Assembly: GCA_016618085.1 (NCBI GenBank)
Contig: JABLTG010000030.1
Coordinates: forward strand, 62,001-126,000
Length of the DNA: 64,000 bases
Source of the DNA: Neovahlkampfia damariscottae
Taxonomy: Eukaryota
Reading direction: 5' to 3'
The notes under the pieces were generated by a model, which was given only the letters and a program-made list of their open reading frames with translations, had not been told where the DNA came from and made no database searches. Below, piece by piece: positions 23,999 to 35,808 of the stretch. Numbering within the stretch: position 1 is the first letter of the stretch; every line of letters starts with the position of its first letter. A program made the position numbers and the translations under genes.

Positions 23999-24397
23999 TT
24001 ATTTTTTTTTCATTTTGTCCATGGACTTTTGTATTTCTGCCAAGGTTATAGATTTCACTTCATCATCAAGTTTTTCTTTTCCCAATTTCGATGTTTTTTC
24101 ATAAATTTCTTCAATTGATGTTTTCTCACCTTCTTCAGCAAGACAATCTAAAAAATTAATAAAACGAAGATATTTTGATATTACCTTTTACATACATTCT
24201 TATATCTTCATACCAACCTATTCATTTGAAAATTAAAAAAAAACTAAATTTCATTCCTAACCATTTTGAAGGAGTTGCATTTTCAATCCTTCTTTTAATT
24301 TATTTAATTCACCTGATTTACGCAAGAACTCACGTATCTTCAATTTCTCATCTTCTTCTTTTTTTTTTCTGTTGCTTTGTTCTTGAAATAAACTCAT
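23999..24397 (-). CDS. ENY2: ENY2/Sus1 (SAGA/TREX-2 subunit), 2 introns
   Basis: Spliced translation IREFLRKSGELNKLKEGLKMQLLQNGWYEDIRMYVKD..SIEEIMKKTSKLGKEKLDDEVK follows the ENY2 pattern. Not in the ORF track. Confidence 0.82.
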
Positions 24398-24437
24398 CTA
24401 TTTTATAACGAATTATTGATGCTCTAAAAAATTTGAA

Positions 24438-24444
24438 CCAATCA
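24438..24444. promoter_or_regulatory. CCAAT(CA) element in the divergent ENY2/SDA1 promoter (representative of a motif at nearly every gene start)
   Basis: CCAATCA lies centrally in the 99-bp spacer. The same motif occurs at 601, 2762, 10932, 11194, 13644, 15518, 17689, 22061/22080, 42409, 49704, 51383, 57574, 60704 and 63951. Confidence 0.8.
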
Positions 24445-24496
24445 ATATCAGTCTTCGTTACAAAACTGCTTTGATCTCTTTTAGGTTACAAAAACA

Positions 24497-27035
24497 ATGA
24501 CAGATTTAGTTTTATTAAGAGAAAGATGTGCAAAGGATCCATCTGCTTATAAAGATGATTTCATTTCTCAATTGAAACATTTTGAAAGTTCCTTTGAAAT
24601 GATAAGGTAAAAAAAAAAAAAAAAAATTAAAAAAAAAAGTTTAAACCCAGAAGAAAATTCCAAAGGATTTTCCAATTTAGTAGTTTTCATTTCTTCAGTA
24701 AAAAAAAAAAAAAAAGTTTGACTGTTTTTTAGTTGTGCAAACAATACAAAAAAGAAACGGAACATGTTCCAATGAAATTATTAAATTTTATAGAACAACA
24801 TGCAAAAACTGTTTCAACACAAATTAGAGTCAATGTTGTCAATGCTCTTGTTCAATACAGAAAACAATCACTCATCCAACCAAAAGTGTAAGTCAAATTG
24901 TAAAGAATAACAAAAACAGTTTACTACCTGCAATGTTTAAATTATTTAGAATCAATGATAAACAATTAAGAAAAATTGTATACAACTTGATCATTGGTGA
25001 TATCGTGAATATGAATGAAAAGAAAAATGATATTGGAATGAATAGATATCTTCAAAATTTCATGTATCAAATGTTAGATGATCCAAATAGAATTGCTGCA
25101 AAAAAAAGTTTGGATGTTATGATCCAATTATATTACAAAAGAATTTGGAATGATGAAAGAACTGTAAATGTAATTTCATCTGCTTGTTTATCAGCTGATG
25201 CTAATATATCAACTGCAGGATTGAAATTCTTTTTAGGAACTAATGCTGGTGTTGATGACGAAGATGAAATTAATAAAAAGAAATCAGAAGCTAAAGAATC
25301 AAATGCAAAAAAAAAACTTGAAAAAATGAATGGAAATTCAAATGTCTCAAAAAAAACAAAAAAGAAAGAAAGAGCTTACAAAAAAGCAGTCAAACAAGTA
25401 ATTTTGATTTTTCAATTTTTTGACTTTTTTTAGTTACACAAATCAGAAAGAGATAAAGAAAAATATGAAGATATTGAATCAAAAGCTGCTATTGAAATGT
25501 TGAATGATCCACAAACTTTTGCTGAAAAACTTTTCGGAAAATTGAAAAATTCAAATTTTAGATTTGAAGTTAGAATTATGTTAATGGATGTAATTTCTAG
25601 ATGTATTGCTTATCATCAATTGGTTATTTTAAATTTCTATTCATATTTCCAAAAATATCTTGAACCTTATCAAACACGTTAGTTAATATTTTTTATTCAA
25701 TTTTTTTTTTTAGACATTACAAAAATTTTAGCTATTTGTGCACAAGCAGCTCATGAATTAGTTCCTCCTGAATTATTGGAATCTATTGTCATGATTATTG
25801 CAAATAAGTTTGTAAATGACAGATCATCTCCTGAATCTATTTCTGCTGGTTTGAATACTATTCGTGAAATTTGTTCAAGACAACCACGTGTAATGTCAAA
25901 AACCCTTTTAAGTGATTTAACAAGATATATTAAATCAAAAAATAAATATATTGTCCAATCAGCAAGAGGTTTAGTAACTTTATTCAGAGAAATTGATCCT
26001 TTAATGTTAAGAAGAAGAGATAGAGGAAAAGATACAGATTTGACAAATAAAATTCAACCTTTTGGTTCTACTACTTATGATGAAATTGATGGAATTGATT
26101 TGTTGAATGCTTTTAAACAAGGGAAAATTGATCCTGATGAATTGGAAGATATTTCATCTGGATCTGAGGATGAAGATGGTGATTTTATTTCTGATGATGA
26201 TTCAGATGAAGATGGTATTACAATCACGGAAGATGATATTTTGAATTCAAGACAAGGGGATTCAGAAGAAGAAGAAGAAGAAGAAGAAGAAGACGATGAA
26301 AATGATGATATGGCATCTGATGAAGAAGATGAAGGTGTTGATGAAAATGGTGTTGTTTGGAAAATCAAAAAAGTAACAGATTCAGATTCAGATTCAGATG
26401 ATTCAGAATCAGAAGATGATATGATGGGTGGAGAAGATATTCAAAACTCAGAAGATGATGAAGATGATTCAGAAGAAGAGGAAGAAGGATCTGATGATGA
26501 AATCGAAGTTGAAGATGATTTAATGGGAGGAGAAGATATCGAACACTCTGAAGAAGAAGCTTCAGATGAAGATGATTCAGAAGAAGAAGAAGTCAAAGAA
26601 AAACCAAAAGAAAAAACAAAAGAAGAAATTGCTGCAGAAAAAGAGAAATTTTTATCAAGTGAAATTTTAACACAAGAAGATTTTGATTTGATTAAAAAAT
26701 TAAAAAAATTAAAATCGTTAAAAAAAATATCAAAAAAAAATATGAAACCAAGTCAATTTGTAGATTTAGCTGATATTGAATCATCCATCAAAAAAAAAAG
26801 AAAAGATTTAATTGCTGATGGTGAAATGCCAGAAAAAGAAAAATTTAAATGGGAAAGAAGAAAAAAAGAAGCAGGTTCAAAAACAAATTCAGAAAAGAAA
26901 AAAAACAAACCATTTATGATGACAAAACATTCATTTGGTGTTAGAAAAAAAGTTAAAATGGGAACAAATGAAAAAAAATGGAGAAAAGAAAAATCAATGA
27001 AAAAACAAATCAAATTTCAAATCAAACATCATTAA
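24497..27035 (+). CDS. SDA1: SDA1 60S ribosome biogenesis protein, 5 introns
   Basis: KDPSAYKDDF, IWNDERTVNVI, LNDPQTFAEKLF, AQAAHELVPPE, GLNTIREICSRQP, acidic tract, KKKNKPFMM. Confidence 0.93.
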
Positions 27036-27580
27036 AATTTTTTATCTTTTACCCATCTAAATGTATTACTTGCAACATAATAAACATTTGAATCTTCTGC
27101 TAAAACAAATTGTTCACTGAAAAGTATTTTAGTTGATGAGTCACCTCCATATTCCACATATCCATTAGTCGTTACTAAGATATTCTGAGCTGTTGTTGAA
27201 TTATTCTTTGGTAAGACTTGAAATTTAATTTTTTTTTTTTTTTTTTTACGTAAGCATTGTGCATCAATGGATGTTATTTCATGAGATGTTCCTGGAATTT
27301 GTGTGAAATATCCTTCAATTTCTTTTCCGTTGAATACATATCCATTCCAACGAATAGAACTTGAGTCTTTGAAGTAAAATTTTGCTTTCTTTACGAATAA
27401 GTTTTTTTTTAGTTTACATCTCGGTTTTTGTCGACTGCTGTATAATAGGACTGTATTGAGAATTTTTAATTTTTTTTTTTTTTGAACCTGAATGAAAGAT
27501 TCAGCTCCTAATTTTTTTTTATTAATTTTATTTCAATTTGAATTACCATGATTTATCTGTTCATTTGTCATTGTGGACAT
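27032..27580 (-). CDS. NXT1: NTF2-related export protein (NXT1/p15-like), 4 introns
   Basis: Spliced translation GAESFIQSYYTAVDKNRD..SSIRWNG..IPGTSHEITSIDAQ..ILVTTNGYVEY..FSEQFVL..VASNTFRW is an NTF2 fold with the NXT1 WNG motif. Not in the ORF track. Confidence 0.8.
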
Positions 27581-27896
27581 GTTTTTTGTTTCGTTTTGTT
27601 ATTTTTTTTAGTTTTGTACAACTGATTTTATTGGTTGAGATAAATTTCTGTTTAAAAGAATCATGGAATCACTTGAAATGATGAAGAAAGTCACCAGTGT
27701 GTTTTTAATTCTAATTGAGGATTTTATTTTCCAATTCTCCGGAACTTCAACACATTGACTTTGTTTGGGCATTGAGATGTTTATTTTTAGAACGAAAAAG
27801 CCGGAAAAAAACGGAGAATAAAATTTAAATTTCCGACTATTAATACTGGCATTCTTCCGAGCAAAACAACAAAACCAAGAACTAAATTTTTTACAA

Positions 27897-29222
27897 ATGG
27901 GTCAAAGCGTGATTGACTCGTCTCATTGGTCAATGATATCGGCAAGAATCGGAGTTGTTAGTTTACTGATAAGCATCGCTTGTGGTACATATTCATACTG
28001 CACAACAGATGGATCACTTGAAGCTATAATACATGACATCATGAATAACAAAATCTTTGCAGTGGTAAGCAAACGAGCTTTTATTCTAATAAATTTTGCA
28101 GGTACATGGAGGATTTTTCTATGTGTTGCTACTGGTTATAGGTGAAATACTTGCAAGGTTCTTTGTAGGTAAAATCAGAATGGAGGAAAAACAAGTAAGA
28201 AAAAAACGAAAAAAATTAATTCTTAATTTTAGGCTTTGAAGGACAATATGATTTACTACGCGCTTTTTAATTTTGTGTTCATATTTTACGTTCTATCTCC
28301 AAGTACTTTTGAAGAGTCTATTGTTTGGATTTCTTGGTTTACTGTACGAATTTTTATTCTTTTAAATATTTGGATAGATTATTGGATTTTTTAAAATATT
28401 TTCAATTATAACAAGTCAACGAACAAAATATGTATCTAGTGCCGTTATTCAATCAAAATTAGTTCATCAGAAATTAGTTGTTTTAATATTTTTTATTTTA
28501 CTATTTGATATTATAATTGCATCATTTGCTTTTTCAAGTTTTGAAAATGTTGGTATTGCAACAATATTTTTATTAATTTTCAATTGTTGGATTATTTTTC
28601 AAGAAACTCTTTTAACTCTATTTCATTTTTCAATGTTTTTAGTTGATTTTTATTTTGAAGCTGATAATCAATCAAATGTTGATTTCATTTATTATTTTGA
28701 TTTCTTTTTATTATTCATGGGTGATATAACTACCATTTTACATTTTGTTCATATTTGGTATGTACATAATTTTTCATTTTCAATTGTAAAAATAAAAAAA
28801 AAAAACTAAAATTATAAAAAGGTTGATTTTTCATTATTTATGTTATTCAATCGAGTTTTGAACTCTTTAAAAAAAACGATTTCAAAAGCATTTGAATATT
28901 ACAAATTAACATCAATCATTGATATGTCTTATCCAAATGTATCAGAAGATGAATTTGAACCTGATCAAAAATGTACAATCTGTTTAGAATCACTTACAAC
29001 ATCTTCAAAAAAATTAAAATGTTCTCATATTTATCATGCTCATTGTAAGAAGAAACATTTTTAATTATTCACTTTTTTTTTAAAGGTATTAAAAGATGGA
29101 TACAAGATTCTAAGTCGTGTCCTGTTTGTAGATTTGCAATTGAAACAACAACATTTGATCAAATAAATCCATCAATGGCTAGATTTACAAGATTCTTTGA
29201 TATGTTTGATTCAAGAAATTAA
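27897..29222 (+). CDS. Multi-pass membrane RING-H2 E3 ubiquitin ligase (gp78/Hrd1/RIN2-like), 5 introns
   Basis: Several TM helices, then CTICLESL..KKLKCSHIYHAHCIKRW..CPVCR. Confidence 0.82.
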
Positions 29223-29246
29223 ATGTAAAATTATTAAAAAAGAAAT

Positions 29247-29751
29247 TTATTTTTCTTTCTTTTTTTCAATATTCCAATCAAATTCTTCATCATCTTTTTT
29301 ATATTTTCTTTTTTCTTGATTCATTTCAATTACTTTAACATTTGATAAACTACCTCCACTGTTGGAAAAATTGGATAATTTTTTTCTTGCATCATCTGCA
29401 AATTTTGAATCTGAATCAATTTCAGAAAATATTTTTAAACAAGTTGGTATTTGATACGCTGAAAATGCTAATGCTCCTGATGTCAAAGAAAAGTAGAGAA
29501 AAATTTTTCTGGAAATATTCTTTTTTGGATATCCTTTTCTTGGTTAGTATAATTATTTTCAATTACCAAATCTTTTCACTGAGAAATGATTAATTATTTT
29601 TCGAATTACCAAATGCGTATCCAAATGCAAAGCCTGGAACTGCTCCAACAAAAGAGGTCATTAATGCTGTTTTGTAACACATATTTATAGCTGATTTTTC
29701 ATCTTTTGATAAATTTTTTGAAGATAAATCTTTCCAATCATCCTCCTTCAT
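29247..29751 (-). CDS. Small hypothetical membrane protein with a 12-nt micro-exon
   Basis: ATG 29751. Introns 29579-29609 and 29539-29566 (the latter with TACTAAC) flank exon 29567-29578 and join ORF 29247-29486. Confidence 0.65.
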
Positions 29752-29800
29752 TATTTACAATTGCAAAACACAAAATTATTTTGGACCAATTAGAATCAAA

Positions 29801-31573
29801 ATGGAAAAAGAACAAGTTGAAAAAATTTTAACAATTTTAAAGGAAGAAAATTTTAATAACATAAAGAATATATATCAATTTGGTTCTTATTTACATGATT
29901 GTCAAAATGAATTTTCAGACAAAGATTTTATTGTTGTTTTAGATGAAAAAGAAAAATATTTTGATGGAAATAAAACTGTAGAAATTGAAGATTATAATCT
30001 AAATATTTATCATATGATTTTTTTTAAATTTTTAATTCAACAACAATTCCCAGATGCTTTACTTATTTTTTGGTTGCCAAAAAATTTTGTTTTTGAATCA
30101 GAGAAATTAAAATTCAATTTAAACAAAATAAAATTGAAAAATCAGTTCATCTGTGAAGCCAGTTTAAATTGGAATAAATCAATCAAAAATTTTTCAAACA
30201 ACAAAAAAAATTCATTGAAGAATTTAATTCATTGTTTTCGTAAAATTTTTTTTGCATTTCAAATTTTGAATGCTGGAAAGATTTACAATTATCAAGAAGG
30301 AAATGATATTTTTCAATCCATTTTTGAAAATGATAATTTCACATTAAAAAATCAAAATGAAAATTGGAGTTTTTTTGAAAATAAATTCAAAAGAAAATTT
30401 CGTGATTTAATACATGAATTGAAAAATTTTCAAATTAATTGTAAAGAAGATTTGAGTTATTATTTGAAAAAAGAAAATTTGTCACTCCTAGCTCGTGATT
30501 TTTCGGTAAACATTGAAGAGTCTTTGATTGATGACAATTTGAAGTATATTTCATTTGATGAAGATACTTCAATTGAAATTAAGGGGATTGATGATATAAG
30601 AGAATCTATTTTTGATATTGTTGACGAAAAAATTATTTTCAAATTTTTCCATTTTTCAAAAAAACCAAAGAATATTGAGCAAATTTACAAAAATGAAGAT
30701 GGTGTTTTAATTGGATTATTTTATTACAATAAAAAATGGAATATTTTAATCCAAGATCAAATTAGTTACAAAGAGAATTTTAAAATACGAAAACAGAATA
30801 CAAAATATAAACGAACTTTAAAACATCATTCAAATCTGGAAAAATTGTTTTGGAAATTATTCAATGAGCACCAATATTCATTGAGTGATTTACCAATAAG
30901 TTATACATTCACGTTTGAAATGAATTTGAAAAATGATCATCACATTGTCCAACACTCAGAATATTCATTACATCTTCTCCAAGTCTGTGATGACAATTCA
31001 CCAATAGATCTATTTCAAGCCTCAAAGAAATATGGGTTTCACTCATTGAAACCCATGGATATATATTATACAGAATTGATGAAGGATTTGTATTTATTAG
31101 ATTGTATGAAATTGAAAGGATTATTTTTGTTGAATGAAAATTACCAACGATTTGAAATTGAACTTCCACATTTCAACATGGTAGAAAAATTGAAAAATTA
31201 TGAATTGTATGATGAGAATTCAATTGAAAAATTTTTCTTAAATTTGTCAAAAATGAATGTAAATGAAAATTTTTTGAAGTTCAATCCTTGGTCAAATTTC
31301 TCTTCAGACTATCTTGAAACTAAGAAAAAAGTGATGAAAGTGAAGAATTCAATTGAATGTATTTATAAATCTATTGAGGATGAATGTCCCATAGAGTTCG
31401 GAAGGAAAGCGAAACAATTCAAATTTTATTATCTACTATTTGATATTCGTAATTTAAATGGTGACATTAATGAATATTTCAGAGTGATTCATTTGAAAAA
31501 ACTTCAAAAAATCATAAAGGAGATGGAAAATTATGAAAAATTAGACATGTCCAATTCAGGTCAAACAAAATAA
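29801..31573 (+). CDS. Pol-beta-type nucleotidyltransferase fused to a degenerate T4 Rnl1-like RNA ligase domain, intronless
   Basis: N-terminal IYQFGS..SDKDFIVV (GS + DxD NTase signature). C-terminal YKNEDGVLIGLFYYNKKW, YTFTFEM, HIVQH and KGLFL resemble Rnl1 motifs but are altered. Confidence 0.62.
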   Translation: MEKEQVEKILTILKEENFNNIKNIYQFGSYLHDCQNEFSDKDFIVVLDEKEKYFDGNKTVEIEDYNLNIYHMIFFKFLIQQQFPDALLIFWLPKNFVFESEKLKFNLNKIKLKNQFICEASLNWNKSIKNFSNNKKNSLKNLIHCFRKIFFAFQILNAGKIYNYQEGNDIFQSIFENDNFTLKNQNENWSFFENKFKRKFRDLIHELKNFQINCKEDLSYYLKKENLSLLARDFSVNIEESLIDDNLKYISFDEDTSIEIKGIDDIRESIFDIVDEKIIFKFFHFSKKPKNIEQIYKNEDGVLIGLFYYNKKWNILIQDQISYKENFKIRKQNTKYKRTLKHHSNLEKLFWKLFNEHQYSLSDLPISYTFTFEMNLKNDHHIVQHSEYSLHLLQVCDDNSPIDLFQASKKYGFHSLKPMDIYYTELMKDLYLLDCMKLKGLFLLNENYQRFEIELPHFNMVEKLKNYELYDENSIEKFFLNLSKMNVNENFLKFNPWSNFSSDYLETKKKVMKVKNSIECIYKSIEDECPIEFGRKAKQFKFYYLLFDIRNLNGDINEYFRVIHLKKLQKIIKEMENYEKLDMSNSGQTK

Positions 31574-31625
31574 AATAAAATGAAAATTATTGGTTAAAAA
31601 AAAATTGACCAATCTTATCAATCTC

Positions 31626-34072
31626 ATGAAAAAACGAGTAAAAGTTCTAGTTTCAAGTGAATCTGATGAGAATGAAAAAGAACCAGTTCTGAAAAAGAAG
31701 AAAACCATGAAAAGAAAAGAAATTCGAACAAGTTCAAAAAAAGATGAACGACTTCAAAAAGTGGAATATAAACCAAGAATGACCGAAAGACAACAACTTA
31801 AGTTATTAAATGTAAAATTAGATGATGAAACCTCATCAGAGGAAGAATCATCTTCAGAAGAAGAAATCATTCCAAAAAAGAGAAGAAAATCACCACCAAA
31901 ACCAAAACCAAAACCACAAAAATCTCAGAAACCTATAAATAAAAAGTCAATAAAAAAAGGAACCATAGATAAAGATCTAGTGAAGGTATAAAATTAAAAG
32001 ATTAAAATGATAAAAAGATACCAAGAGCAATTAAACATCCAGTATAAAAATCTATTTTTTCTAACATAAAAAAAAGGGAAAATCATCAAATCCACAAGAA
32101 AAGGTAATTAATTTAAGACACTAACATCCTATAAGAAATGCAAAACTTTAAAAATTTGTCATCATCATGAAGAATTGAGTGTTAAAATAATTTATAAAAA
32201 CCAAGAATTAACTAAAGTTCTTGATTCTCTACAACAAGAAGAATTGAATATAAATCGAGTCATATCATACAGTCGTTTTGAAATGGTTTCAAAAAATTCA
32301 TAACTAACAACTCAAATAAGGTACAAAAAAAAACAAAAAAATTAAACATTCTTTTAGATCAAAAAATCAGATTTAGACATATTAGAAATTGAAGTCTATG
32401 GTGAAAAGAATGAAAAGAAAATGAAATCAATTTATAATTTTCTTGAAAGGGATAATTTAGTACACTTGAAATTTTTTTAATTTTTCAACATAGGTTGGCT
32501 TTTCGAATCCTTTTGGATTTTTATTTTTTTTTATACCTTCAAGAGATGCATGTAAATTTGATGATATTTCAGATCGAAATAAATTCTTTGGTGCAATATT
32601 TCATCTTTCTGAAGAAGATAGAAAATTAGCAGAAGATCCAAAACCATTAGAGATAAAATCAACAATAGAAAAACAAGGTAATCATTGAAATATTATTTTC
32701 TAAACCTAAAATAAATAGTAAAATTAAATTCAGTTCTTGAAGGTAAATAACACAAAATTATTTTTTTTTTAATTTTTTAGATCAAACTAATTCCAAGGAT
32801 AATCAATCAACCAAACCTATTGAAACATTTCAACCATCCAGTTTTCCTTCAAATATTAATGCTAATTTTTTACCAATGTTCATGCAACAATTTCAACAAC
32901 AAGATTCAAATTTACAACAATTGACTATGATGCAACAATATGTACAATATATGAATACAATGATGTCAAATCCAATGTTTCTTCAAATGCAATACTTAAA
33001 TCAACAAAATGTTTCAATTGAAAAAATGAATGAAATGATGAATGTAAGAGAATTGGAAATTTAATTTTTAGATGGTTCAAAATAATCAACAACCAATCAA
33101 TCAAATTCAACAACAAATTCAATTTCAACAACCAAATTTTTCAACTTCATCTCCTTATTTTCAATGTTCATCTTTGCAAATGAGTCAACAACCATTACCA
33201 CCACCAAAAGAATCATATTATCAAAATCTTTCACATTTGGACCAAACAAAAGAAAGAGATCAAATTAAGAATGCTGAAAAAGAAAAAGTTGCCAAGTTAC
33301 TTGAAAATGCAAAAACGAAGATATTAGAAAGTAAGTGTTGTTTTGAAATTAAATTGAAGAAAAACCAAAAATTGAATTATTGAAACATTTGCAAACAAAG
33401 ATACCTCAACAAACAACACCATATATTACAAGGATAAATTCATCAGATTCTCCAATTAAAAACAAAGATTTGATGTCAGATGATGATTATTCAAGTGAAG
33501 ATTCTTTTGAATTTAGAAGAAGAAGAATGTTGGAAGATAATCGAGATTCAATCTCATCAAGATCATCTTCTATTGAAAGAAGTGACGTTGATGATTCTTA
33601 TACACGAAGTTCTTCAATGGATAGATCAAGAAGTACTTCTTATTTTTCAAGAAAACGATCCTATTCAAGAAGTAGATCACCTGTTCATAGAAATCATAGG
33701 TTAATTGATAAGAGATCAAGATCAAATTCACCATCAAGTTATCCACAAAATGAACAAAGAAATTTAAAATATTGTAGAGACCCTACAAGATATTTGTATT
33801 TAAGGAATTTAGAAAATTCAACGTGCAATCAACAAAACATTTTTTCAGGTATAAATTTGTCATATTAAACTTGCGAATAGACTTCAGACCATTTGGTAAA
33901 ATTGAGAGCATTTGTGTTTTGATCAATTCAAAATGTGCGTTTGTAGATTATTTCAATGTTGAAGATGCTGTAAATGCAAAATGTAAGGATTCTTATTTTT
34001 TAATTATCAATAATAGCAAACCTGGAAAGAACACAATGTTATCCGGAGATATCATTTCAGTTCAAAGATTAA
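31626..34072 (+). CDS. RS-rich, Q-rich RNA-binding protein with C-terminal RRM and possible SPOC-like domain; many mini-introns
   Basis: RRM PTRYLYLRNL..DFRPFGKIESI..KCAFVDYFNVEDAVNAK and an RS tract. A continuous frame is recovered across about 11 GT-AG junctions, including the tandem pair 32286-32357. Confidence 0.7.
32286..32357 (+). other. Tandem mini-intron pair (35 + 37 nt) with zero-length exon
   Basis: GAA ATG|GTTTCA..ACTAAC..AATAAG|GTACAA..TTAAAC..TTTTAG|ATC AAA. Each unit has its own branch-like motif, and retaining either one shifts the frame. Confidence 0.75.
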
Positions 34073-34104
34073 ATCAAAAAAAAAACATATTTTATTCAAT
34101 GACA

Positions 34105-35643
34105 TTATTTTGATTCATTTTTCATTGGTTTACCTCTTCCTAAACCTTGAAATCCAATAGTTCCATCTGGGACTGTAGCTTCTTTCAAATGAATTTTACT
34201 CAAATTAAAAGGACTAAAAAAAATAAATATTTTAGATTTTCTTACTTGATTTTTCCTGAAAATACAATTGGTTCAATTTTGATATTTTCTTTATGTGGAA
34301 TTGGAGATTGAATTGCTTTTGTTCTTACAATACTAATATCAAATATTGAATAATCAACTGATTCAATTTTTTTTAATGAAATGAATCTTTCAATTCCTTT
34401 TCCTTGTGAATAAGCATTCATTTCAATTTGTTCTGCCAGAGAATGAATTTTCTTTCTGTAAAAAGATTCCAAATCAGAAGGAAATGAAATAAATTTTTGA
34501 GATGGTTCTTTTATAAATTCATCAATTTTTTCGTAAATTTGAATCAAAATTTCATCTCCTTCAATCAGAACAATTTTTTTCTTTTTGTCCTCTTTTGTTG
34601 AGAAGTCAAGTTTTTTTGGTGAACCTTTTTTATTCCTTTCAAGTGTCTTTTTTAATTCTTTGATACTTTGATTTCCTTTTTTCTCTGGTGTTACAATAGT
34701 TGGAGTTGAAATATGTTGATTTGGTAATGAATTTGATTGGTTATTGTATGAATTTGATAATGAACTAATGTGATGATTATTAAAAGAAAATGATTCTTTT
34801 CTTTGATTTTTCTTAATTTCAGCTGTGATTAATCTATTCATTACATTCAATCCATTTATTTTTTCAATTGAATCTAATGCTTCTTTCTCTGTATTAAATG
34901 AAGCAAATGCAAATCCAATGAATGCATTATCTTTATACTGATATTTTATATTCTTTAATCCCTCAACATCTCTTTTTTTCTATTGCAAAAAAATATTAGA
35001 AAATGATTGGTCAACTTACAATCAAATCAACTAGATCGTCAGATTTCAATTTGAATGGAATATTTTTGAGTACAATCATTTTTGATTCTTTTGATTTTCT
35101 TGAATTTATTTTAAAATTATTTTCATCAAATTTTAAATTTTGAATTTTTTCCAATAATTCATCAAGGTTCTTTTAAAAATTAGAAAAAAAAACAACAATT
35201 CAAACTTCATTAAATGTTAATAAAAAAGCATCTGATGTTGATTGATTCAATTTATCTACAGAAACAATGGTTGAAATTGATGTTATTTTATCAAAAATTT
35301 CTTTTTGATTTTTTAATTTATTTTCATTCAAATTTTCAATTTCTATAATAATTCCATCTTCCATTTCTACTCTAGGTGAATCCAAAGGTATTGAACCAAA
35401 TTTTGGCGAAAAACTTTTTGAAAATTTCCGATTTTTAAAAGAAGAAGAAAAAGTTGTCCTTTCATGTTGATGATATGAATTTTTTTTTTTATCTTGATCA
35501 AAGTTTTGATTTTGGGTTTTTTTAAATTTTGTATTTGAACTTCTCCGGGTTCTTGAAGGTTTGTGTTGTTGATGTTCAACATTCTCATCATCAAACATTA
35601 AATCTTCAAAAGACAACTCCTTTTCATTTGTTGTTGTTGTCAT
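34105..35643 (-). CDS. RRM + R3H domain RNA-binding protein, 3 introns
   Basis: RRM VLKNIPFKL..FIGFAFASFNT, R3H FPSDLESFYRKKIHSLAE..SQGKGIERFI, and C-terminal PDGTIGF (SUZ-C-like). Confidence 0.78.
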
Positions 35644-35808
35644 TTCTTCTTTCTTTTGAACCTTCTCTTCTAATTTTTAAAAGGATTTCAAATTCGAAGG
35701 TCAATTTTGTTTTTCATTGGTTTAAAATTTATTCAAAATTATTGGTTAAAAAAATTCCGATCAGGTATTATTTCAAAAAACTGACAAAAAAAAAACCTGA
35801 CATTTATT

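Noticed and set aside
26075..27013. Antisense Ser/Phe-rich ORFs (also 164-415, 1759-2079, 38902-39174, 61688-62626 and others)
   Set aside because: These are shadow ORFs opposite Glu/Asp/Lys-rich coding sequence.
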